Part shown: one piece after another, positions 49,130 through 57,976 of the stretch
How positions within the stretch are numbered: position 1 is the first letter of the stretch
How the letters are laid out: every line of letters starts with the position of its first letter
Assembly: GCA_963777445.1 (NCBI GenBank)
Contig: CAVZQR010000016.1
Location: 4,966-68,965, forward strand
Length of the DNA: 64,000 nt
Origin: Candidatus Dormiibacterota bacterium
GTDB taxonomy: Bacteria; Chloroflexota; Dormibacteria; Aeolococcales; Aeolococcaceae
Direction: 5' to 3'
Notes under the pieces: model-generated
What the model was told of the DNA's origin: nothing
The model's input: only the letters and a program-made list of their open reading frames with translations
Databases searched by the model: none
Program-made: the position numbers and the translations under genes

Positions 49130-50894
49130 CTTCGTTCACGATCCTGGCGAATACCGGCTCACTGATCCCGGGACGGTTGTCGCCCTCACCGCGTCAGCGT
49201 TCGAAGCATGCAAGCGCGCTGGGCTCTCACCCACTGTGCTCGACGATCACACGCTGCGTCCCGAATTCTGCCGGGATCCCGACGCCTATCAGCGATGGCA
49301 GTTGGACTGGCTCACCCGATTGGACGCGGCGTGCCAGCTCAACGGCGTCGCACGATCTTGCGCTCACCTGATGGTGCCCCCGGTCGACTCGCTTGTGATG
49401 ACGGCACAGATGCTGGCTGGTGCTGTCGACACGCTTGCGCCGGAGTTGATCACGTATGTAGGCAAGGTCGCCCCTGTGGAGGCGACCGGCTTTCACAACG
49501 GACATCTCCAGTTCTGGCCAAGTCTGGGCGATGCCCCGCTCGCCGGCCGGCTTCTTCCCATGATCGCCCGGGCACGTTCGCTCAGCTACGACACGCGTCC
49601 CGCCGATGGGCCGGCGCGGGCCGGCACGCCACCCCAGTCACTGCTCGCGCGTGCGCGGCGCGAAGTCTCACGCACGCTTGGACCTTATCGTCGCGTGTAC
49701 CGGCGGCATATCAAGAGGCGCACCCATCCAACGACAACGCTGATGCTGTGGTACGCGGGATATGGTGCCGACCGATTCGCCGACGACGAGCGCAGTGCGG
49801 GACACGACACCGCTTTCATCACCCGCGGAGCCGGGTCTTTTCGCATCGTCGACCCCGGGCTCCCTCCGGGTCACGCGCGGGGACGTCGCATCGACTTGAC
49901 CGTTCGGCCGGTCACCGCTCTCGATCCGGCACTCATGTCGCTGCTTGAGGAAGTCGACGATTGGGCCGGTGTCCCGGGCGCCTCGAGGATTCTCGAGAGT
50001 AGGTTGGCTGTCTTTCTGCATGGGATCTGCGTCACCGTCGCCGATGCGGCGCGACGGGCACAGCGCGACCTCGCGGCTTTCGCCATCGACCGAGTCGCGG
50101 CCGCGAATCCCAGCTCTTTGGAGGAGTTCGCGTGCCTCAATGCCGCTCGGGCCGCGCGCATCCCGCGGATGCTCGTTCAGCACGGCGACCACCTGCTCGC
50201 GTATGGATTCTGGTTGGTCGTGGAAACCGTGAACTTCGATGAATTGGCGGCGAGCGACCCGACGATGGCTGATGAGCTCACCGACGCCGCGACCAGGCTG
50301 GGCGTCGTTGCGCCTCGAGTCACGTACTACGCTCCTCGAATCAGGGCGCTGCTGGAGGGCGCGCGATCGCATCGCCGTCTCGCCGCAGGGGAGGGCCGGA
50401 TCTGTTACCTGCCGTCGTTCTTGCTCGGTGACTCCAGGTATGTCAGCGGCTGCAGCTTCGACGACGCTTGGTATCACCGCTGGCACCTCCGCATCCTTGA
50501 CCTGATGGGAACCAGACCAGACCTTCGGTTCACATGGAAAGGACTCCCCTCAAGCGATCAGGCCGTCGACCCGATTCCCTCGATAATTGCCGAGCGAGGC
50601 CTTCGCAACGTCGCGTACGAAACGCGCCCCTTCACGTCGGTGATCAGTGCGTTCGATCGGATCTTCACCGACTTTCCGAGCACAGCACTCTATGAGAGCG
50701 TCCATCTCGGCAAGCCGGTCCTGGCAGTGACGTTTCCTCGGTTTTTCTCGGTGCGCCCGACGGCGGCCGCGCGGTTTGCGCAGGTATTGCGCGAGTGCGA
50801 CACAGAGGAGCAGGCTCTTTCGCAGATCAGCGGTTTTCTCGATGCGGACCCGAACCTTTGGGTGCTCCCTGAGCAGAACCTCGCTCTCCCTTGA
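49113..50894 (+). CDS. Hypothetical protein, 593 aa (no family recognised; C-terminal third GT-B-like)
   Basis: Long ORF with coding-like composition. C-terminal 'RFTWKGLPSSD...IFTDFPSTALYESVHLGKPVLAV' resembles the nucleotide-sugar-binding half of GT-B/capsule-synthesis enzymes by eye. Confidence 0.55.
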   Translation: MAASAIFVHDPGEYRLTDPGTVVALTASAFEACKRAGLSPTVLDDHTLRPEFCRDPDAYQRWQLDWLTRLDAACQLNGVARSCAHLMVPPVDSLVMTAQMLAGAVDTLAPELITYVGKVAPVEATGFHNGHLQFWPSLGDAPLAGRLLPMIARARSLSYDTRPADGPARAGTPPQSLLARARREVSRTLGPYRRVYRRHIKRRTHPTTTLMLWYAGYGADRFADDERSAGHDTAFITRGAGSFRIVDPGLPPGHARGRRIDLTVRPVTALDPALMSLLEEVDDWAGVPGASRILESRLAVFLHGICVTVADAARRAQRDLAAFAIDRVAAANPSSLEEFACLNAARAARIPRMLVQHGDHLLAYGFWLVVETVNFDELAASDPTMADELTDAATRLGVVAPRVTYYAPRIRALLEGARSHRRLAAGEGRICYLPSFLLGDSRYVSGCSFDDAWYHRWHLRILDLMGTRPDLRFTWKGLPSSDQAVDPIPSIIAERGLRNVAYETRPFTSVISAFDRIFTDFPSTALYESVHLGKPVLAVTFPRFFSVRPTAAARFAQVLRECDTEEQALSQISGFLDADPNLWVLPEQNLALP

Positions 50895-51414
50895 CCACCC
50901 GGAGCAGGAAGGTCAGCTCGTCGAGCGGGAAGATCGGCGAGACGTGTTGCTCGTAGCGCTCCGGCCAGCGATTCGCCAGACGAGCCAGCAGGCCGCGCGC
51001 GCCTGTCGACGGAAACCGTTCGTTGAAGACGACGCGTTGAATCGAAAATCGAGCGGTCGAATAGTGATACTCGCTGAAGAAGGCATGCGCCGGATCGAAG
51101 TAGCCGAGCGAATCGACGGCGAACGCGTGGCGGTGTGTCGGATCCACGGCGGCCCAGCGGGAGCGGAAATACGGCACATCGATCCGCACCAGACACCCGG
51201 GCTTGCCGATCCGGTGAATCTCCTCGAGCGTGGTGACGACATTGGCGAGATGCTCGAGAACATTGTCGAGATAGATCTCATCGGCTGTTGAGGCTTCGAA
51301 TGGATACGGGACGACATCGAGATCGTGAATCACGTCGGCGCCCGATGCGGGGTTGATGTCAACGCCAATGGCGCCTGGCCTCTTTTTGGAGCCGCAGCCG
51401 AGATCGAGGATCAT
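50827..51414 (-). CDS. Class I SAM-dependent methyltransferase
   Basis: 'ILDLGCGSKKRPGAIGVD' (motif I) and 'IYLDNVLEHLANVVTTLEEIHRIGKPGCLV'. Convergent 68-nt overlap with the 593-aa ORF. Confidence 0.75.
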   Translation of the reverse strand: MILDLGCGSKKRPGAIGVDINPASGADVIHDLDVVPYPFEASTADEIYLDNVLEHLANVVTTLEEIHRIGKPGCLVRIDVPYFRSRWAAVDPTHRHAFAVDSLGYFDPAHAFFSEYHYSTARFSIQRVVFNERFPSTGARGLLARLANRWPERYEQHVSPIFPLDELTFLLRVVKGERGSAQGAPKGSGPHRENR

Positions 51415-51449
51415 TCGAAGCGACCGGCTGCCAGGGCCGACTTGGCATC

Positions 51450-52815
51450 ATGACCACCGATGAGCAGTACGGAGTGAGCGGCACCCGGGGGCGTCCCGCC
51501 GGTTCGGCGAGGATTCGAATCGGCTTCTACAGTCACGCATCTCGCATCGGCGGGGCTGAGACGTACGTTCGCGATGTCGTCGGCGGGATGGATACCGAGA
51601 TCTTCGAGGTGCACGTCTTCGTGCCCCCGTGGCGGGAGTTCATCGAGTTTCTGGGTGTTCAGGAGCGGCAAGATCTGAAATTGCACGTGGTGAGGATAGT
51701 CGAGCCTGCGACCGCGTTTCCTGGGCGGAGATCTGGCGAGCTCAACGAGCGTGCGCAGCCGAGCTTCGGCACCGAGTTCGAATCCTTCGCGGATCCGCAG
51801 CCTCGCGCTGGCCTTGCGCCTTCCGCCGGCGACGCTGCGTCTCGGGCACGATGCGCTCCGCTACGCGAGCCTCCCACTGAACCGTCCCAGGCTCGAAGCG
51901 GCCTTCAAGCCCTACGACCTCGACGTCATCCATGCAATCAACGGGGGCTATCCCGGAGCCACGAGCGCTCTGGCTGCGGTGCTCGCAGGGCGGACGTCGG
52001 CCAGACGGCGTGTGATGACCGTCTGCAGCACCCCGATGCCGCGAAGCGTCCTGGAACCCCTGGAACGGCGGGTGGATCGGCGCCTGGCGGGCGCCCTCGA
52101 CGCCGTGGTCGTGCCTGCCCGACGGCCGGCGGACGCGCTCGTGAGCCGCGGCTTCCGGCGCGAGACCATGGAGATCATCCCCTGGGGAGCGAGATCGATC
52201 CCATACGGCGTCGACCCCGGGGCACGGGAGCGGCTGGGCCTCCCCGCTGACGTCCCGGTCATCGTCTGCCTGGCGAACTTCACTCCCACGAAGGGGCAGA
52301 CGGTCATCGTTGATGCGATGAGCGCGATCGCTGCCCGGTTCCCGGGAGCTCGGGCCATCCTCGCCGGGGACGGGCCGGAGCTCCCGGCGCTGCGGGAGCG
52401 AGCGGCGTCCCGGGGCGTGGCCGGGAGTGTGCTCTTCCCTGGATCCTTCAAAGAGCCCTGGGACCTGCTTCGAGCAGCCGACGTGTTCGTGCTCGCCTCG
52501 GAGATCGAGGGATTGCCCTTGGTGGTTCTCGAGGCGATGAGCCAGGGTGTGCCGGTGGTCGCGACTGATGTCGGCGGTATGCCAGAGGCAGTTATCGACG
52601 ATGTGACAGGATCTCTCATCCCACCACGCGCCACTGCGGCCTTGACGGAGGCGATCACGCGCATCCTCAGCGATCCTGACCTGGCGCTTCGAATGCGCAG
52701 GGCCGCCCTGGCTCGATTCGAGCAGCGATTCACGATGCCGCGAATGCTCGAGGCGCACCGCGATCTCTATCTCAGGCTCGCAGGCGCGGCTCCGGATGGC
52801 GCCCGACGGCCGTAG
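51450..52815 (+). pseudogene. GT4 glycosyltransferase interrupted by a +1 frameshift near 51.72-51.80 kb
   Basis: The N-terminal GT4 domain ('RIGFYSHASRIGGAETYVRDV') is in the frame of 51450. The remainder ('DLDVIHAINGGYPG', 'EIEGLPLVVLEAMSQGVPVVATDVGGMPE') is in the frame of 51751. Confidence 0.7.
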
Positions 52816-52825
52816 ACTGCCCCGG

Positions 52826-53659
52826 ATGAGCTCGGTGCCGGAACCGGATGCGGCCGACACGGTCGAGGGGCCGGCGGCTCACGAAACCCACTGGGCGGCA
52901 TACGACGCGGCCGGTATCCAACGGCTGCTCGCGGTTGAGGATCGACACTTCTGGTTCCGCGCGCGGAATCTGATCATTGCCGCCCTGGTCAGCGATCCGA
53001 TCGAGAGTCTCCCGAACGGCTTTCGCATTCTCGAAGTCGGGTGCGGCAGCGGCAACGTGCTTCGCGTGCTCAAGCGTGCTGCGGCGGGACGTGGCAGCGT
53101 TGAGGGACTGGAGGTGAGTGGACCTGCGTCCGAGGCCGCGCGCAAGCGCACGGGGCTGACCGTCACCAACGGGCACCTTGCGGATCTGCGCAGCACCGAG
53201 CCCTACGACATCATCGCCGCCTTCGATGTTCTCGAACACATCAGTGATGATGCCGGGGTCTTGCAGCAGATGCGCTCACGCCTCACGAGAGGCGGTCGCG
53301 TGGTGCTGACCGTCCCCGCCCATCCGAAGCTGTGGAGTTCCTTCGACGAAGCCTCCGAGCACATGCGTCGCTACACCCCGGCGAGCCTTACCAAAGTGCT
53401 CCGGTCGGCCGGCTTCGACATCGAATACCTCAGCTACTTCATGTTTCCGCTCTACCCGGTGATGTGGTTGCGCAGGCGGATCTCACTGAGACGGCAGCAT
53501 GATTTTGGCGCTGTGTTCGACTCGGAGTTCCAGATCGTTCCGGTGGTCAACGATGTGGCGTATCAGGTGCTGCGCCGTGAAGCGTTCGTCATACGTCATC
53601 GGCGCAAGTTGCCCATCGGGACGTCGCTCACCGTGATCGCGCGGCCTCGCACGCGCTGA
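52826..53659 (+). CDS. Class I SAM-dependent methyltransferase
   Basis: 'RILEVGCGSGNVL' and 'DIIAAFDVLEHISDDAGVLQQMRSRLTRGGRVVL'. ATG 52826 follows the GT4 stop. Confidence 0.8.
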   Translation: MSSVPEPDAADTVEGPAAHETHWAAYDAAGIQRLLAVEDRHFWFRARNLIIAALVSDPIESLPNGFRILEVGCGSGNVLRVLKRAAAGRGSVEGLEVSGPASEAARKRTGLTVTNGHLADLRSTEPYDIIAAFDVLEHISDDAGVLQQMRSRLTRGGRVVLTVPAHPKLWSSFDEASEHMRRYTPASLTKVLRSAGFDIEYLSYFMFPLYPVMWLRRRISLRRQHDFGAVFDSEFQIVPVVNDVAYQVLRREAFVIRHRRKLPIGTSLTVIARPRTR

Positions 53660-53675
53660 CGCTCGGAGATCCGAA

Positions 53676-54701
53676 TCAGGTGGTCAGCATCTCGGTCTGA
53701 GCGACCGCCTGCCGGCCCGACGTCTCGTTGTATGCCGCGGCGGTGAGCTCGAGCCCGCGAACAAAGTCGGTCGGGCGGTACGCCATGAACGACTGCAGCC
53801 GCGATACGTCGAGGATCACGCCCCGGACGTCGAAATCGCGCCCGGGAGCGAATTCGATGCGCGCGGGTTTCCCGGCGGCATCGCTGACGGCGCGCACGAT
53901 CTCGAGGACGGTGAGGCCGCGCCCGGAGCCGACGTTGACGGTGCCGACGTCCAGGCCACCCAGAACAACTCGAGCAACGACATCGGCGACGTCCGCGACG
54001 AAGACGTAATCGCGAAGTGCTAACCCATCGCCGAAGATGCGAATCGGCTGTTCGCGGCTGATCCTGTCGAGGAAGATCGCAACTGCACCCTGGTCGCGGT
54101 CGTGCGCCTGATACGGACCGTAGACATTGGCGCAGCGCACGATACGCAGCGTCGCATGCGACCTCCGCGCGGACATCTGTGCATAGACTTCAGCCGCGAG
54201 GTGCAGTGCGCCATACGGCGAGATGGGCCGCGTCGGGTCAGATTCGCTCACGGGAAGGTGAGCGGGGTCACCGTAGACTGCGCCGCCGGAGGATATGTAT
54301 GTCAGCGAAACCTGGGGTCGGTCACGAAGCGATTCCAGGAGCGTGAGCAGGGGCAGCAACATCCCCTTGGTGGCCTCGATCGGATTTGCCTCGGCCGACG
54401 GGGGCGTCAGGCCTCCTGCGGAGAAGACGACATGGTCGATGTCGCGTATCGCTTCTTCGACGATCCCGGGTTCACGGGCGTCGCCCACGACCATGCGGGC
54501 ACCGTCGGCGCGTCCCGCCTCGCTGCGCCACGTGCGCGAACGGGTCAGGCCCGTCACGTCGACTCCGTCAGTGAGCAGCCTGCCGCCGATGGAGGCTCCG
54601 AGAAAGCCCCAGCCGACAATCAGGACGCGCGGCGTGACCTTCCCCGATCCTGCCATTCGCGGAGTATAGCCCCGGCCCCCACGCTGGGATCCAGGTGCCA
54701 T
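53676..54701 (-). CDS. NAD-dependent epimerase/dehydratase family protein (extended SDR) with atypical active site
   Basis: 'VLIVGWGFLGASIG' Rossmann motif. The usual 'YxxxK' appears as 'PYGALHLAAE' (Lys position is His). An alternative start is ATG 54656. Confidence 0.75.
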   Translation of the reverse strand: MAPGSQRGGRGYTPRMAGSGKVTPRVLIVGWGFLGASIGGRLLTDGVDVTGLTRSRTWRSEAGRADGARMVVGDAREPGIVEEAIRDIDHVVFSAGGLTPPSAEANPIEATKGMLLPLLTLLESLRDRPQVSLTYISSGGAVYGDPAHLPVSESDPTRPISPYGALHLAAEVYAQMSARRSHATLRIVRCANVYGPYQAHDRDQGAVAIFLDRISREQPIRIFGDGLALRDYVFVADVADVVARVVLGGLDVGTVNVGSGRGLTVLEIVRAVSDAAGKPARIEFAPGRDFDVRGVILDVSRLQSFMAYRPTDFVRGLELTAAAYNETSGRQAVAQTEMLTT

Positions 54702-54707
54702 GCGGCC

Positions 54708-55670
54708 TCAGGAGGGGGAGTTCTCGTCTCCGTCAGTTGTCTCGGCGACCACGTACGTCGGCCGTTCCATGAGACGAAAGTGCATCCGGGCGACGTATTC
54801 ACCCATGATCCCAAGGATCAACAACTGGACTCCGGAGAAGATCGCGATGATGGACGCGAGGAACGGGAACCCCGGTACCGAGTTGCCACCGACGAAGTAG
54901 CGGACCACCACCACGGCAAACACCACGACACCGAAGATGGTGAAGAGGAAGCCGACCATGCTGGCAACCCGAAGGGGCCGGCTGGTGAATCCGGTCATCA
55001 TGTTCAGCGCATGGTGCACGAGCCGTCCGAAGGTGTAGTTGGATCGGCCTTCGGATCGCGGCTCTTGACGAACGCCGATCGCGGCGAATCGGCTCGTCGC
55101 CCACGTCAGCAGCACGTCGACCGAGATGTCGGGACTCTGAAACCTTTCGAAAGCTCGCCGCAGTTCTGTACGGAAGACACGAAACGAGCTCACGCTTCTC
55201 GCCGCGGGGGCTCCCATCGCCTCCTGCAGCGCGAATTTCGTGATGCGCGAGGCGGCTGAGCGCCAGAGACTGTGCTTCTCCGAGATCGGCGAGCCGTACA
55301 CCACGTCGATATCGTCGGTGAGCTTCTCGAGAAGCCGGCCGATCTCTTCGGGAGGATTCTGCAGATCGTCATCCAGCGTGACGATGATCTGATAGCGGGC
55401 CGCGCGGATCCCCACGAGCAGGGCGTTGTGCTGACCGAAGTTACGCATGAGACGTATGCCGCGGATCCGGCTGTCAGCCTTTGCTGCTGTTGCGATTGCG
55501 TCCCAGCTTCGATCTGGGCTTCCGTCGTCGACGAGGATGATCTCGTGTGCCGGCGCCAGGCTGTCGAGCACCGCGTTGAGGCGTGGGAGGAGCAGTGGGA
55601 GCGACCTTTCGGACCGGTGCACGGGAATCACCGCCGAGATGCCCGGAGCGAGCTGCGTTGTTGGCGGCAC
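54708..55670 (-). CDS. GT2 polyprenyl-phosphate sugar synthase (GtrB/ArnC/DPM1-like)
   Basis: 'ISAVIPVHRSE', 'ILVDDGSPD', 'RNFGQHNALLVG', 'VTLDDDLQNPPEEI' and two C-terminal TM helices. Confidence 0.85.
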   Translation of the reverse strand: MPPTTQLAPGISAVIPVHRSERSLPLLLPRLNAVLDSLAPAHEIILVDDGSPDRSWDAIATAAKADSRIRGIRLMRNFGQHNALLVGIRAARYQIIVTLDDDLQNPPEEIGRLLEKLTDDIDVVYGSPISEKHSLWRSAASRITKFALQEAMGAPAARSVSSFRVFRTELRRAFERFQSPDISVDVLLTWATSRFAAIGVRQEPRSEGRSNYTFGRLVHHALNMMTGFTSRPLRVASMVGFLFTIFGVVVFAVVVVRYFVGGNSVPGFPFLASIIAIFSGVQLLILGIMGEYVARMHFRLMERPTYVVAETTDGDENSPS

Positions 55671-55675
55671 CTGTC

Positions 55676-57976
55676 CTACCCCACCGCCACGATGGTGGCA
55701 TCCGGGTTTGTCAAGACGATCCTGCCGAGCTGTAGCACTGCGGGATCGGCGTTGTGGTGGAGACGATCGATGAGCAGGAAGCGCACGCCATATTGATCAG
55801 TCAGGACTCGCAACGCTGACACATCCGCGTGGTCGAACACTTCGTCATTCAACATCACGCGGTGCAGGAACGCCACGAAACCTGGTGTCAGGGGCGGATT
55901 GTCGAGCCCATAGTCGTCGGGTGTGTACGGCTCCACGAACACCTGCCGCTCCGAGAACGCAGAGTAGTAGTAGTAGCGCCCGTCGGATCCGCTCGGATTG
56001 ATCCAGTGGTTGCTGACCGCGAAGATCGTGTTCACAGGGGTATTGTCCTGCAGCCAGTTGAGGGCCACGACCAGACCCGGTGTCAAGCCGCGCACTTTCT
56101 GAGGATCGGGTTGGGTAACGGTGACGGGCTTACCGGTCAGGGCCCTTTCGGCGGTGGCGGCAAGTTGAATCGGCGAGGTGAGCGCGCTCGCCGCAAGCAG
56201 TGGGAGCAGCCCCAGCGCCAGCGCCCCGGAGATTGGCGTGCGGCGAACTCTGAGCTCCACCGCGCAGACCACCACGAAGATGACCGCAAGGAGGACGATC
56301 GCGGCGTACCGGAGGATGAGACCGGCGGGGTGTGCAAGTGTCGGCGTCGTGAAGCCGACAACCAGGAGGATCAGGCAACTCCAGCCTGCGAGCGCAAGCA
56401 GGGCTGTCCGCCTGGAAACCGGGATCGCACTCCCGAGGTCGTCCCACGCGAGGCGCAACCCCGCAGCCGCGACGATGACTCCAGCCGGATAGGCGGTGTC
56501 CAGAAAGTAGAGTTCACTCGCACCGATCTGATGGACGACGTTCGCGATGAGGACGCCGGCTGCGAAGAGGAACAGACAGAGCCTGAGTTTGCGAATCTCG
56601 GCTCGATGACGCGGCGTGAGGAGATACAAGATGCCCGCGAGCGGGAGCACGATGCCGGCAAACCCCGCCACATAGGCGAGAGGAAGGACGACGGTGCGCA
56701 AGGTGGGGCTTGAAATTGAGGTGGCCAGCGTCCCAGTCACGGTGTGACTTATCGAGACAAACGGATCGATCACAGTGCCCGGCACCCCTCTCCCGTAGAC
56801 GATGAGAAAGGTGGCGGCGAAGATCACCACAGCGAGTACGAGCGTCGCGAGCGCGGTGACCGGTGTGGCGCGCCGAGCAACGAATTCCCAGAAGGCGTAG
56901 AGCCCGACCCCGACGATCACGACCGGAAGTACGGTCGCCTTCGCCCCGGATGCACCGACCATGATCAGGGCGATGACCACCCACGCGCCGAGAGCGTCGA
57001 TTCCTCGCCAGGACGCGGCCTGCAGGCGCTCAGCAATCAGGTACAGGAGCGCCATGAAGAACATCAGCCCGAACGGGAATGTCCAGCTTGCCCACAGGTG
57101 GAAGTTGAACTGATCGAAGAACGGGCTCGCCTGGTTCAAATCCGTGGTGAGATCGAGCGCGCCGAGCAGGAACGCGACGATGATTGCGAGCGCGCCGGTC
57201 CACGCCGATCGGCCGAGGAACCGCCCGACGACAAAGAGTTGGCATCCGAGTACGAGAATTGTTGGGAACACGTCCAGCCGGAACCCGATGACGGGGATGC
57301 TCACGCCCGTGACCTGATTGATTGCAGCCATGTGGTCGAAGACGAACCACTCGTAGTGGAGCGGAACGCCCGACAGACCCGGGCTGGTCGCTGGCCAGTG
57401 GTTCCTCACTTCAGCGATGAGTTCGATGAAGTTCGGAAAGTCGACGTAGTAAGACACCGAATGCGATGTGGACGGCAGCGGAACCTGTGGGAGAAACGCC
57501 AGTGCCAGGTAGACAACGCCAACCGACAACGCCACGGCGGCGGTCCACATCAGCCGGCCCGACATCTGCTCGCCTTGCGTTTCGAGCGCGCGCACGCCGC
57601 GCCGCCTCCATATTACGTAGGCGCAGGGGATTATCACGACGATGGGATAGACGACGAAAAGGCCGCGCGCGCCGAGCGCAGCAGTCGCGCTGAATGCGAG
57701 GATCTCCAATGTCTGCCCGAGCGGCCAGCCCAGGGCGATGGTCGTGAGCAACCCGCGGTGGCTTCGCTGCAGAGCCCAGAGCAAAGCAGTTCCCGGAAGC
57801 AGTACGAAACTGACTTCGTAGCCAGCGAACTTGGCGATATCTCCGGCGCTGACGCCCGAAATGATCCAGATCGCCAGAACCACCAGCAGGACGAAGGCAA
57901 AGGGTGCGAATCCGCGGCGCGGCATCGGAGCAGTATCGCGCAATACCTGGCGCGCCTCTTCGGTAGTTGTGCTCAT
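55676..57976 (-). CDS. Large polytopic membrane protein with C-terminal soluble domain (GT-C-like glycosyltransferase candidate)
   Basis: 766 aa, at least 14 TM helices, then a soluble domain of about 190 aa. It lies immediately upstream of the GtrB-like gene. The family assignment is inferred from architecture and context. Confidence 0.55.
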   Translation of the reverse strand: MSTTTEEARQVLRDTAPMPRRGFAPFAFVLLVVLAIWIISGVSAGDIAKFAGYEVSFVLLPGTALLWALQRSHRGLLTTIALGWPLGQTLEILAFSATAALGARGLFVVYPIVVIIPCAYVIWRRRGVRALETQGEQMSGRLMWTAAVALSVGVVYLALAFLPQVPLPSTSHSVSYYVDFPNFIELIAEVRNHWPATSPGLSGVPLHYEWFVFDHMAAINQVTGVSIPVIGFRLDVFPTILVLGCQLFVVGRFLGRSAWTGALAIIVAFLLGALDLTTDLNQASPFFDQFNFHLWASWTFPFGLMFFMALLYLIAERLQAASWRGIDALGAWVVIALIMVGASGAKATVLPVVIVGVGLYAFWEFVARRATPVTALATLVLAVVIFAATFLIVYGRGVPGTVIDPFVSISHTVTGTLATSISSPTLRTVVLPLAYVAGFAGIVLPLAGILYLLTPRHRAEIRKLRLCLFLFAAGVLIANVVHQIGASELYFLDTAYPAGVIVAAAGLRLAWDDLGSAIPVSRRTALLALAGWSCLILLVVGFTTPTLAHPAGLILRYAAIVLLAVIFVVVCAVELRVRRTPISGALALGLLPLLAASALTSPIQLAATAERALTGKPVTVTQPDPQKVRGLTPGLVVALNWLQDNTPVNTIFAVSNHWINPSGSDGRYYYYSAFSERQVFVEPYTPDDYGLDNPPLTPGFVAFLHRVMLNDEVFDHADVSALRVLTDQYGVRFLLIDRLHHNADPAVLQLGRIVLTNPDATIVAVG

